Shown: in pieces, positions 1 to 9,840 of the stretch
Position numbering within the stretch: the stretch's first letter is position 1
Layout of the letters: every line of letters begins with the position of its first letter
NCBI GenBank assembly: GCA_963815005.1
Contig: CAWFFI010000006.1
Coordinates: 139,231 to 203,230, forward strand
Reading direction: 5' to 3'
Origin: an uncultured Actinomycetes bacterium
GTDB taxonomy: Bacteria; Actinomycetota; Thermoleophilia; Gaiellales; Gaiellaceae
Length of the DNA stretch: 64,000 nt
Position numbers and translations under genes: made by a program
The notes under the pieces: generated by a model
Told to the model about the DNA's origin: nothing
The model's input: the letters and a program-made list of their open reading frames with translations, nothing else
Databases searched by the model: none

Positions 1-525
1 ACCGTCCTCGTCTACGCCGGTGCCGGCGGCGTCGGGACGGCCGCGATCCAGGTCGCGCGGGCGCTCGGCGCGCGCGTCGTCGCGGCGGTCGGGTCGCAGG
101 AGAAGCTCGGCGTGTGCCGCGAGCTCGGCGCCGAGGAGGCGTACGTCTACGAGGAGCTGCCCGACGAGCTCCAGGTCGACGTCGTCGTCGACCCGGTCGG
201 CGGCGAGCTCTTCGCGGGCTCGTTCGCGCGGCTGCGCCCGCTCGGGACGGTGATCGCGATCGGCTCCGCCGCGGGCGCGTGGGCTCCGGTCGACCCGGCC
301 CGGCTCGTCGGCCGCAACTCCGGCCTGCACGGCTTCTACCTGGGGCGGCTGATCCGGCTCGATCCGGGTCTCGTCGCGACCGCGCTCGGCGAGGTGCTCG
401 CGCTCTGGGAGCAGGGTGCGGTGACACCGCTCGTCGGCGCCCAGCTGCCGCTCGAGGAGGTCGAGCGGGCGCACGAGCTCGTCGAGACGCGGCAGAGCGT
501 CGGCAAGGTCGTGCTGATCCCGTGA
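1..525 (+). CDS. Quinone oxidoreductase / Zn-type alcohol dehydrogenase (MDR superfamily), C-terminal part; 5' end lies outside the window
   Basis: Frame-1 ORF is open from the window edge to TGA 523-525. The tail (..GRNSGLHGFYLGRL..ERAHELVETRQSVGKVVLIP) resembles C-termini of NADPH:quinone reductase-type MDR enzymes. The stop overlaps the next start (GTGA). Confidence 0.7.
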   Translation, partial: TVLVYAGAGGVGTAAIQVARALGARVVAAVGSQEKLGVCRELGAEEAYVYEELPDELQVDVVVDPVGGELFAGSFARLRPLGTVIAIGSAAGAWAPVDPARLVGRNSGLHGFYLGRLIRLDPGLVATALGEVLALWEQGAVTPLVGAQLPLEEVERAHELVETRQSVGKVVLIP

Positions 526-1163
526 GGGCGCTCGTGACCGGGGGCCGGGGCGGGATCGGGACGGCGATCGTCGCGGCGCTGCGCGGCGAGGGCGCCGAAG
601 TGACCGTCCTCGACCTGCCCGAGTTCGACGTCGGCGACCCGGACGCCTGGCGGGCGCTCGACGGCGGCTACGACGCGGCGTTCCTCAACGCGGGCATCGG
701 CATCGGCTTCCCCGACGTCGCCGAGCTGCCCGACGGCGAGTACCGGCGGATCGTCGCCGCGAACCTCGACGGCGTCGTCTACGGAACGCGGGAGCTCGCG
801 GCGCGGCTGATGCCCGACGGAGGCTCGATCGTCGCCACCGCCTCGCTCGCGGGTCTGACCGGGATGCCGTTCGACGCGAGCTACACGGCGACGAAGCACG
901 CCGTCGTCGGCTGGGTGCGCGGCGCGGCGCCGGGCCTCGCGGCGCGCGGGATCCGGATCAACGCGCTCTGCCCGGGCTTCACGGACACGGCGATCGTCGA
1001 GGACGAGCTCCGCGGCCGGCTGCCCGTGCCGCTGATGGAGCCGGCGTTCGTCGCCGAGGCCGCGCTCCGCATCCTGCGCGACGAGGAGACCGGCCGCGCC
1101 TGGGTCGTGCAGCCCAACCGGGTCGAGCCGTTCCGGTTCCCGGGCATCCCGGGGCCGCGATGA
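522..1163 (+). CDS. SDR family oxidoreductase
   Basis: GTG 522 overlaps the upstream stop. The translation has the TGGRGGIG dinucleotide-binding motif and a YTATK (YxxxK) catalytic motif. Uninterrupted. Confidence 0.8.
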   Translation: MRALVTGGRGGIGTAIVAALRGEGAEVTVLDLPEFDVGDPDAWRALDGGYDAAFLNAGIGIGFPDVAELPDGEYRRIVAANLDGVVYGTRELAARLMPDGGSIVATASLAGLTGMPFDASYTATKHAVVGWVRGAAPGLAARGIRINALCPGFTDTAIVEDELRGRLPVPLMEPAFVAEAALRILRDEETGRAWVVQPNRVEPFRFPGIPGPR

Positions 1164-1585
1164 GCGGCACCCGCTCGCGCGTTCCCTGGGGCGAGGAGGC
1201 CCCGCCGGCGCCGCACATCTGGCGGACGCTCGGCTACCGCGGCGTCGAGCAGGCGGACGGCGTCTCGGTGATCGAGTGGGACGCGACGCCCGAGTTCTGC
1301 TTCCACGCGCCGTCGGGGCCGATCGTCCACGGCGGCATGGTCGCGACGCTCCTCGACACGGCGATGGGCGGCGCCTGCTGGACGCTGATGGGCGACGACG
1401 AGGACTTCCTCACCGCCGACCTGCGCACCGAGTTCCTCCGCTCCGCCCGGCCGGGCACGCTGCGCGCGGAGGGCTCGGTCGTCCAGCGCAACCGGCGCGT
1501 CGTCTTCTGCGCCGCCGAGCTGTTCCAGGACGGGACGCTGCTCGCGACCGCCCGCTGCACGCAGATCGTGCGCCGCGCCGGCTAG
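1160..1585 (+). CDS. PaaI-family (hotdog fold) thioesterase
   Basis: 141-aa ORF with an ATGA overlap with the SDR gene. Its size and the ..IVHGGMVATLLDTAMG.. block are typical of PaaI/4HBT thioesterases (recalled resemblance). Confidence 0.7.
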   Translation: MSGTRSRVPWGEEAPPAPHIWRTLGYRGVEQADGVSVIEWDATPEFCFHAPSGPIVHGGMVATLLDTAMGGACWTLMGDDEDFLTADLRTEFLRSARPGTLRAEGSVVQRNRRVVFCAAELFQDGTLLATARCTQIVRRAG

Positions 1586-1706
1586 CCACGCTCCCGGCGC
1601 ACAGCCGTGACGGTGCTTCGGCATGCCGACAGCACCGGGCGTGGAGCCAGGCGGCCTCGTGACGCTCTCGTCAGGAACGTGCCTGGCACCGAGGTGAACG
1701 CCGGGG

Positions 1707-2187
1707 TCACCGCATCGTCACCGGCTGCAGCGCTGATCGCAGCGACAGTACTCCGGCGACGAGCGCCGCGACGCGCTCGAGCACCTTGTACGCGATCGAA
1801 GGCGTCCGCTCGACCAGCGAGCGGAACATCCCGCCGCGGATCAGCAGCACGCGCGTCGGCTCGATCGTGCGTCGCGGTCGCCGTCCGCGGCCCGCCCGTG
1901 AGGAGCGCGATCTCGCCGAGCCAGTCTCCGGGGCCGAGCACGCGCAGCGTCCGGCCCCTGCGCCTGACCTCGACGCTCCCGTCCACGATCACGGCGAACT
2001 CGCGCCCGGGCTCGCCCTCGCGCGTCAGCGTCTTGCCCACCGGCAGCTCGCGCGCCTCGACGATCGCCGCCAGGCCGCGCAGCTCGCGCTTCGAGCAGCC
2101 CGCGAAGATCGGCACCGCGCCGATCAGTTCCACGATCTCGGCCGCGTTCGGTCTCGCGTCCCGGCGGGCCGCCAGCCGTGTCGCCAT
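1707..2187 (-). CDS. Cyclic nucleotide-binding domain protein, frame break near 1865
   Basis: ATG at 2187. cNMP-binding motifs are present (FAGCSKRELRGLA, GDWLGEIALLTGGPRTAT). The homologous continuation (EPTRVLLIRGGMFRSLVERTPSIAYKVLERV..) is in the +1 frame and ends at TGA 1707-1709. Confidence 0.65.
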
Positions 2188-2264
2188 CTCGCACCTCCGT
2201 GTCGTCGCCACGGTGACCGTCCGGCGGACGCGCACGGGCACGCCATCGGGGAACTTCCGCAGGA

Positions 2265-2822
2265 CTACGCGCGGCCGAGGCGGCGCTCGAGGTTCGCCTT
2301 CACGGCGGGCCAGTCGTCGTCGATCACCGCGTACCAGGCCGAGTCGCGCCGCTCGCCGCCGCGGACGAGCATGTGCTTGCGGAAGATCCCCTCGAACTCC
2401 GCCGGCAGCGCCGCGAGGGCGGCCCGCGAGCGCTCGTTGCGGCGCGTCCGTCTTGAACTCGACGCGGAGGAAGCCCTCGTCCTCGAAGGCGTGCCGCATG
2501 CAGCAGGTACTTCGCCTCGGTGTTCGCGCCCGTCCCCCACGCCTGCGGCGCGAGCCACGTGTGCCCGATCTCGAGCACGCGGTCCGCCTCGCGGACGTTC
2601 AGGTACGAGGTCGCGCCGAGCGGGACGCCGTCCACGACGGTCGCGAAGCCGAACGCGTGCTCGAGCGACGCCGACGACGTACTCGTGGAAGCCGCTCGCG
2701 GCTCTCGTCGCCGCGCACCTTCATCCAGCGCCACGTGCGCTCGATCCTGCGCGACCTGCCAGAGCGGCTCCTCGTGGCGCGGCTCGAGCGGCTCGAGCCG
2801 GACGTGCTCGCCCGCGAGGGCT
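2265..2822 (-). pseudogene. GNAT (RimJ/RimL-like) N-acetyltransferase, multiply frameshifted
   Basis: The C-terminal block (NERSRAALAALPAEFEGIFRKHMLVRGGERRDSAWYAVIDDDWPAVKANL) ends at TAG 2265-2267. Upstream homologous blocks (GHTWLAPQAWGTGANTEAKYLL; MRHAFEDEGFLRVEFKTDA; ERTWRWMKVRGDES; VRLEPLEPRHEEPLW) sit in rotating frames, implying about five +1 shifts. No canonical start codon found. Confidence 0.6.
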
Positions 2823-4023
2823 ACGTGAAGCGCCAGACGCCCCCGTCCCGGAACGAGCGCAGGATCCGCCGCGCGACGACCATCTTGTGCACCTCGTCGG
2901 CGCCGTCGTAGATCCGGGCGCCGCGGGCCATCCGGTACATGACCGCGAGCGGCGTGTCGTCGGTCATGCCGAGGCCGCCGTGCACCTGGAGCGCCCGGTC
3001 GATCACCTCGTTGAGGACGCGCGCGGCGTAGAACTTGATCAGCGAGATCTCGACGCGCGCCTCGTCGCCCTCGTCGAGCCGGTGCGCCGCCTGGAGCGTC
3101 ATCAGCCGGCACGCCTGGATCTCGGCCGCCGACTCGGCGATCCAGTTCTGCACCGTCTGCTTGTCGGCGAGCGGGCCGCCGAACGCCTCCCGCTCGAGCG
3201 AGTAGCTGCACATCAGCTCGAACGCGCGCTGCATCTGGCCGAGCCAGCGCATCACGTGGTGGATCCGGCCGGGGCCGAGCCGCTTCTGCGCGAGCCGGAA
3301 GCCGTCGCCGGGCTCGCCGAGCGTGTTCGCGACCGGGACGCGGACGTCGGTGAAGCGCGTCTCGCAGTGCGTCCCCCAGCCGCGCCCCTCGTGCCCCATC
3401 ACCGAGACGCGGCGGACCAGCTCGTAGCCGGGCGTGTCGGTCGGGACGAGGATCATCGACGCGCGCCGGTGCGGGTCGGCGTCGGGGTCGGTGACGACCA
3501 TGACGACGCCGAAGCCCGCCTGGTCGGCGCCCGACGAGAACCACTTGTGCGCGTTGATCACCCAGTCGTCGCCGTCGCGCTCGGCGCGGCCCTGGAGCGT
3601 CGTCGGGTCGGAGCCGGCGACCTCGGGCTCGGTCATGCCGAAGAACGAGCGCGTCTCGCCGGCGACGAGCGGGACGAGGAACCGCTCCTTCTGCTCGGGC
3701 GTCCCGAACAGGTGGAGGATCTCGCCGTTGCCGGCGTCGGGCGCCTGGCAGCCGAAGATCAGCTGCGCGATGAAGCTGCGGCCGATCTCCTCGTTCAGGT
3801 ACGCGTACTCGATGAAGCCGCTGCCGGAGCCGCCCGCCTCGGGCGGGAGATGCGGCGCCCAGAGGCCCGCCGCCTTCGCCTTGCCCTGGAGCTCGGCGAT
3901 CAGCGCGTCGGACGATTCGTCCTCCGCGAACAGCGCCGGCTCGTTCGGATAGACGTGCTCGTCCATGAACGCGCGCACCTGCTCGCGCCGGTCGCGGATC
4001 GGTTCCGGGATGACAAGCGACAC
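2821..4023 (-). CDS. Acyl-CoA dehydrogenase
   Basis: About 400 codons from GTG 4023 (VSLVIPEPIRDRREQVRAFMDEHVYPNE..). Clear ACAD blocks (GMTEPEVAGSDP, YDGADEVHKMVVAR). Uninterrupted. Confidence 0.9.
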   Translation of the reverse strand: MSLVIPEPIRDRREQVRAFMDEHVYPNEPALFAEDESSDALIAELQGKAKAAGLWAPHLPPEAGGSGSGFIEYAYLNEEIGRSFIAQLIFGCQAPDAGNGEILHLFGTPEQKERFLVPLVAGETRSFFGMTEPEVAGSDPTTLQGRAERDGDDWVINAHKWFSSGADQAGFGVVMVVTDPDADPHRRASMILVPTDTPGYELVRRVSVMGHEGRGWGTHCETRFTDVRVPVANTLGEPGDGFRLAQKRLGPGRIHHVMRWLGQMQRAFELMCSYSLEREAFGGPLADKQTVQNWIAESAAEIQACRLMTLQAAHRLDEGDEARVEISLIKFYAARVLNEVIDRALQVHGGLGMTDDTPLAVMYRMARGARIYDGADEVHKMVVARRILRSFRDGGVWRFT

Positions 4024-4033
4024 GACGGGGGCG

Positions 4034-4991
4034 ATGATCGCAGACGTGCGGGATGCCTTCCAGCGGGTTCTCACGGATCTGCTCGGCCGCGAGGTCGAGA
4101 TCTCGGAGCCGGTGCTGCTCGCGGGCGGCGCCTCGAAGGAGGCGTGGGCGGTCGATGCGGACGGCGAGCGGCTGCTCGTCCGCCGCGCCGCGGTCGGGGT
4201 GATCCACCGGCACACGCTGTCGCTCGCCGGACGAGTTCGCGACGATCGAGGCGGCGCACGCGGCGGGCGTCAAGGTGCCGCGCCCGTACGGCTACGTGCC
4301 CGACCTCGCCGGCCGCGAGGCGTTCGTGATGGAGCGGCTCGAGGGCGAGACGATCGGCCGCCGCATCGTGCGCCGGCCGGAGCTCGCCGCGGCCCGCGAG
4401 GCGCTGCCGCTCCAGCTCGCCGAGGAGCTGGCCAAGATCCACGCGATCCCGCCCGAGCAGGTGCCGTTCCTCGAGGAGGCCCGCTTCGAGCGGATCGTGG
4501 ACGAGCTCGACGACGTGGACGAGCCGCACCCCGCGATCGAGCTCGGGCTCTGGTGGCTGCGCGAGCACCGCCCGCCCGCGCGCCCGCCGGTCGTCGCGCA
4601 CGGCGACTACCGGATCGGGAACGTCATGGTCGACGGGCAGGGCCTCGTCGGCGTGCTCGACTGGGAGTTCGCCCACCTCGACGACCCGGTGCGCGACCTC
4701 GCGTTCGGCCTCGTCCGCGCGTGGCGGTTCGGCGTCGGCGACAAGCGGCTCGGCGGGATCGGCGACGTGGAGCCGTATCTCGAGCGCTACAACGAGCTGA
4801 CGGGCTTCGACGTGCGCCCGGAGGAGCTCGACTACTGGGAGCTCGCCGGCAACGTCGGCTGGGCGATCGGCTGCCTCACCCAGGCGCAGCGCCACCTGAG
4901 CGGCCAGGACCGCAGCGTCGAGCTCGCGATCCTCGGCCGTCTCGGCGCCGAGGTCGAGTACGAGATCTGCAACCTGCTGGAGCGGCCGTGA
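4034..4991 (+). CDS. Phosphotransferase (APH/ChoK-like kinase) family protein, frame break near 4219
   Basis: ATG at 4034, divergent from the ACAD gene. The N-terminal block (LLAGGASKEAWAV) is in one frame. The continuation (DEFATIEAAHAAGVKVPRPYGY.. HGDYRIGNVMV.. DWEF) is in the +1 frame. HGD..N and DWE are kinase-fold motifs. Confidence 0.75.
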
Positions 4992-5080
4992 CCCACGTCC
5001 GCCTGGACAACCTCCTTGGAACTGATCAGGTCAGACCATCCGACCAGTCCTGTCCTGCGCAGACCCGTGGTCAAACCACG

Positions 5081-5381
5081 ATGACCGAGCGGCCGACCGC
5101 GCAGGAGCTGGCCGAGGCGATCCAGGAGTTCCTCGCCGGCGAGATCCTCCCCACGCTCACCGACCACCGGCTCCGCTTCCGGATGCTCGTGGCGCTGAAC
5201 GCGCTCGGGATCGTCTACCGCGAGCTCGACGCGCTGCCGGCCGCCGACGACGCCGAGCAGCGCGAGCTCGCGCGCCGCATCCGCGCGCGGCGACGTGCCG
5301 CCGGGCACGCTCGAGCGCGTGAAGGCCGACGTCGAGGCGCGCCTGCGGATCGCGAGCCCGAAGACCCTCGAAGGCCCTTAG
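5081..5381 (+). CDS. Small DUF6285-like protein (partner of ACAD-linked phosphotransferases), frame break near 5289
   Basis: ATG at 5081. ERPTAQELAEAIQEFLAGEILPTL..MLVALNALGIVYRELD matches the family as I recall it. The C-terminal block (GDVPPGTLERVKADVEARLRIASPKTLEGP) is in the +1 frame and ends at TAG 5379-5381. Confidence 0.5.
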
Positions 5382-5541
5382 AGCTCGAACCAGAATGAGC
5401 GACTGTGTCGCCCGGCCGTGCCGGGCGGCACGCTGCGGCGTCCTCGGTCGCGTCGATAGCGCCGCTATCGACGCTCCCTGCGTCCTTGCATCGCACTCGC
5501 CCAGCCCGCCCGGATCGACGAGCGTCATTGTGGTTCGAGCT
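5382..5541. mobile_element. MITE-like non-coding insertion (160 bp) with 17-nt terminal inverted repeats and a 5-bp CTTAG flanking duplication
   Basis: TIRs are AGCTCGAACCAGAATGA (5382-5398) and TCATTGTGGTTCGAGCT (5525-5541), 16 of 17 complementary. Direct CTTAG at 5377-5381 and 5542-5546. The interior has two strong hairpins (5409-5427, 5450-5474) and no credible ORF. Confidence 0.55.
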
Positions 5542-5542
5542 C

Positions 5543-6695
5543 TTAGAGGAACGCGCTCTCGCCGGTGAGCGCGCGGCCGATCAGGAGCTTCTGCACCTGG
5601 CTCGTGCCCTCGTAGAGCGTCGAGACGCGCGCGTCGCGCAGGTAGCGCTGCACCGGGAACTCGTCCACGTAGCCGTAGCCGCCGTGCACCTGGACGGCCG
5701 CGTTCGCCGCCCGCACGGCCACCTCGCTCGCGTAGTACTTCGCCTGCGACGCGGCGAGCGTGTACGGCTGCCCCGCGTCGGCGAGCGCGCCCGCGCGCCA
5801 CGCCATGCAGCCGCGCCGCCTCCGTCTCCACCGCCATGTCCGCGAGCAGCTCCTGGACGAGCTGGAAGCCCGCGATCGGCTTCCCGAACTGGCGCCGCTC
5901 GGTCGCGTACGCCGTCGACGCGTCGAGGCAGCCCTGCGCGATCCCGACCGAGCCGGCGGCGAGCGAGATGCGGCCGTTGTCGAGTGCCGACATCGCCACC
6001 TTGAACCCGGCGCCCTCGTCGCCGAGCCGCGCCGAGTCGGGCACGCGCACACCGTCGAGGAACAGCTCCGCCGTGTCCTGGGCGCGCAGACCGAGCTTGC
6101 CGTCGATCTTGCGCGAGCTGAACCCGTCCGAGGCGGTCGGGACGAGGAAGCACGTGATCCCGCGCGGCCCCTCGCCGCCGGTGCGCGCGAACACGAGCGC
6201 CACGCCGGCCCACGAGCCGAGCGTGATGAAGATCTTCGAGCCGGAGATCACCCAGTCGCCGCCGTCGCGCTCCGCGCGCGTCACGAGCGAGCCCGGATCG
6301 GAGCCCGCGCCCGGCTCGGTGAGCGCGTAGCAGCCGAGCGCCTCGCCCGAGCACATCCGCGGCAGCCACTCCTGCTTCTGCTCGGGGGTGCCCCACTTCG
6401 CGATCGTCTTGCCGGCGAGGCCGTTGTTCACCGACGCGATCCCGCGCACCGACGAGTCGGCCTTGCCGAGCTCCTCCATCACGAGGCAGTACGAGACCGA
6501 GTCGAGCGCCATGCCGCCGTACTCCTCCGGCAGCGCGCAGCCGAGGAAGCCGACCTCGGCGAGCTTGCCGACGATCCCGGGATCCATCCGCTCGCTGCGG
6601 TCCCAGTCGCGTGCGTACGGGACGACCTCGCGCGCGCAGAACTCGCGCGCCGTCTCCTGGATCAGGATCTGTTCCTCGGTGAGCGTGAAGTCCAT
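5543..6695 (-). CDS. Acyl-CoA dehydrogenase (short/branched-chain type), frame break near 5809
   Basis: ATG at 6695 (MDFTLTEEQILIQETAREF..). ACAD blocks run throughout. After ..ADMAVETEAARL the continuation (MAWRAGALADAGQPYTLAASQAKYYASEVAV..YEGTSQVQKLLIGRALTGESAFL) is in the +1 frame, ending at TAA 5543-5545. Confidence 0.85.
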
Positions 6696-6712
6696 GCGCG
6701 TATTCTCCCCCT

Positions 6713-7645
6713 ATGCCGAATCTCGAAGGGAAAGTAGCCATCGTCACCGGCGCGGGGCGCGGCATCGGCCGTGCGCACGCGCTCGCGCTCGCCGCCGCGG
6801 GAGCGACCGTCGTCGTCAACGACCTCGGCGCCGGGCTCTCCGGCGAGGGAGCCGACCGCTCGCCCGCCGAGCAGGTCGTCGAGGAGATCCGCGCCGCCGG
6901 CGGGCAGGCCGCCGCGAACGGCGAGAACGTCGCCGACTTCGCGGGCGCGGGCCGGATGGTGCAGCAGGCGATCGACGAGTTCGGGCGCCTCGACATCCTC
7001 GTCAACAACGCCGGGATCCTCCGCGACCGGATGCTCGTGAACATGACCGAGGCCGAGTGGGACGCGGTCATCAACGTCCACCTGAAGGGCCACTTCTCCC
7101 CGACCCAGCATGCGGCCGCCCACTGGCGCGAGCGCGCGAAGGCCGGCGACGAGGTGCGCGCGCGCGTCGTCAACACGGCGAGCCCGTCGGGCGTCTTCGG
7201 CAACGTCGGCCAGGCGAACTACGGCGCCGCGAAGGCCGGGATCGCCGCGTTCACCATCATCGTCGCGCAGGAGCTCGGCCGCTACGGCGTCACGGTCAAC
7301 TGCCTCGCTCCGAACGCGCGGACGCGGATGACCGAGGAGACGTTCGACATGGGCGCGCCCGGCGAGGGCTTCGACCCGCTCGACCCGGCGAACATGTCGC
7401 CCGTCGTCGTCGCCCTCTGCGCCGACGAGGCCCAGGACATCACCGGCCAGGTCTTCCACGTCTGGGGCGGCGCCGTCAACGCGCTCCAGGGCTGGACGGC
7501 CGGGGAGATGTTCGAGCGGGCGGACGGCTGGGAGGCCGACGAGCTGCTCGCCGCGCTGCGCGACCGCTTCCCCGCCGGCGTCTCGCCGCCCGGCATGATC
7601 GCCGGCATGCAGGCCGCCGGGGGCCAGTCGCTCAAAGCCACGTGA
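6713..7645 (+). CDS. SDR family oxidoreductase (about 310 aa, long C-terminal extension)
   Basis: TGAGRGIG and YGAAK motifs. Uninterrupted ORF, divergent from the ACAD gene. Confidence 0.85.
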   Translation: MPNLEGKVAIVTGAGRGIGRAHALALAAAGATVVVNDLGAGLSGEGADRSPAEQVVEEIRAAGGQAAANGENVADFAGAGRMVQQAIDEFGRLDILVNNAGILRDRMLVNMTEAEWDAVINVHLKGHFSPTQHAAAHWRERAKAGDEVRARVVNTASPSGVFGNVGQANYGAAKAGIAAFTIIVAQELGRYGVTVNCLAPNARTRMTEETFDMGAPGEGFDPLDPANMSPVVVALCADEAQDITGQVFHVWGGAVNALQGWTAGEMFERADGWEADELLAALRDRFPAGVSPPGMIAGMQAAGGQSLKAT

Positions 7646-8321
7646 CGCCGCCTCCGCGCCGGCGCGTCTACCTGATGCGCCATGCCCAGGTGCGCTACTT
7701 CGAGGGCGTCCGCCCCGAGGACGTCCTGCTCACCGAGACGGGGCGCCGCCAGGCCGAGGCGGCCGCGGCCGCGCTCGCGGAGGTGCCGTTCGACCGCGTC
7801 GTCACGAGCGGCCTGCCGCGCACGCTCGAGACCGCCCGGATCGTCGCGCCCGCGGCTCGAGCCGGAGACGCGGAGCGAGCTGCGCGAGATCGAGAGCGGC
7901 GACATCCGCCCCCTCTCGCCGGAGCAGGTGCAGGAGATGATGACCGCGGCCTTCCGCGGCGTCGTGCCGCTCGACACGCCGTTCCTCGGCGGCGAGACCG
8001 TCGGCGCGCTCCTCGACCGCGTGCTCCCCGCGCTCGACGCCCTGCTCGCAGAGCCCGGCTGGGACGTGCTGCTGCTCGTCCTGCACGGCGCCGTCAACCG
8101 CGCGATCCTCAGCCGCGCGCTCGCGGGCGAGGGCGTCTTCCTCGGCGGCGTTCGAGCAGTCGCCCGGCTGCGTCAACGTCCTCGACGTCTCCGCCGCGGG
8201 CGAGTGGATCGTGCGCGCCGTGAACCACACGCCGTACGACCCGGCGCACACCCGCGCGCCGCGCGAGACGACGATGGAGCAGCTCTGGGCGGAGTACCTC
8301 GCCGCCCGCGACCGGGCCTGA
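7642..8321 (+). CDS. Histidine phosphatase family protein, two frame breaks (about 7850 and 8148)
   Basis: GTG 7642 overlaps the SDR stop. RHAQ (RHG-like) motif near the N-terminus. Homologous blocks continue in successive +1 frames ([29 protein letters not shown]; [31 protein letters not shown]), ending at TGA 8319-8321. Confidence 0.7.
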
Positions 8322-8350
8322 ACGGGCTTGACTCGCGATTCAATTCCGTC

Positions 8351-8379
8351 CTGACTCGCGTCGCCAAATGGTCTAGGGT
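8351..8379 (+). promoter_or_regulatory. Putative promoter of the liv operon (CTGACT -17 nt- TAGGGT), near-leaderless
   Basis: A hexamer pair with 17-nt spacing lies 14 nt upstream of ATG 8393. TGACTCGCG also occurs as a direct repeat at 8329 and 8352. Pattern recognition only. Confidence 0.3.
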
Positions 8380-8392
8380 TGGGCGGCTCCGG

Positions 8393-9132
8393 ATGGGTCT
8401 GCTCACCCTCGAGAACGCACGTCTCCGCTTCGGCGGCATCGTCGCCCTGGACGACGTCTCGCTCGACGTCGCCGAGGGCACGATCGCCGGCCTGATCGGC
8501 CCGAACGGGGCCGGCAAGACGACCGCGTTCAACGTGATCACCGGCCTCTACCGGCTCGAGTCGGGCAACGTCGCCTTCGACGGGCGCTCGCTGCGGCGGA
8601 CGCCGCCGAGCCGCATGGTCAAGCTCGGGATCGCGCGCACGTTCCAGAACGTCGAGCTCTTCCCGACGATGACGGTGCTCGAGAACGTCCTCGTCGGCGC
8701 GCACACCGTCACGCGCTTCCAGCGCGAGAGCACGGCGCGCGGCCACGCGCTCGAGACGCTCGCCTACGTCGGCATCGCGGACGTCGCGACGCGGCCCGCC
8801 GCCGGGCTCCCGTTCGGGACGCTGAAGCGGATCGAGCTCGCCCGCGCGCTCGTCTCGAACCCGCGGCTGATCCTCCTCGACGAGCCGGCCGGCGGCCTCA
8901 ACCACGAGGAGGTCGACGAGCTCGCGACGTTCATCCGCCGGCTGCGCGACGAGCGCGAGCTCACCGTCCTGCTCGTCGAGCACCACATGAACCTCGTGAT
9001 GGAGGTCTCCGACCACGTGACGGTGCTGAACTTCGGCAGCACGATCGCGAGCGGCCCGCCGGCCGAGGTCCAGCGCGACCCGCGCGTGATCGAGGCGTAC
9101 CTCGGCGGCGAGCTGGAGCCGGAGCCGGCCGG

Positions 9133-9136
<4 letters not shown>
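8393..9136 (+). CDS. livG: Branched-chain amino acid ABC transporter ATP-binding protein
   Basis: Walker [10 protein letters not shown], an ABC signature region, and the LivG-like C-terminus ..[10 protein letters not shown]. Uninterrupted. Confidence 0.85.

Positions 9137-9839
<703 letters not shown>

Positions 9840-9840
<1 letters not shown>

Noticed and set aside
1786-4329. Very long track ORFs such as 1786..4329 (+), 14895..17582 (-), 18567..21653 (+), 42966..45191 (-) and 46078..47718 (-), which might look like giant novel proteins.
   Set aside because: They are Arg/Ala/Pro/Gly-rich translations lying antisense to, or out of frame with, genes that have clear family motifs. In DNA this GC-rich, stop codons are rare, so long spurious ORFs are expected.
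4992-5080. Less GC-rich 89-bp spacer with small palindromes (CTGATCAG; GGACA..TGTCC), considered as a second MITE or an operator.
   Set aside because: It has no terminal inverted repeats or flanking duplication, and the palindromes are short. There is not enough evidence to name it.
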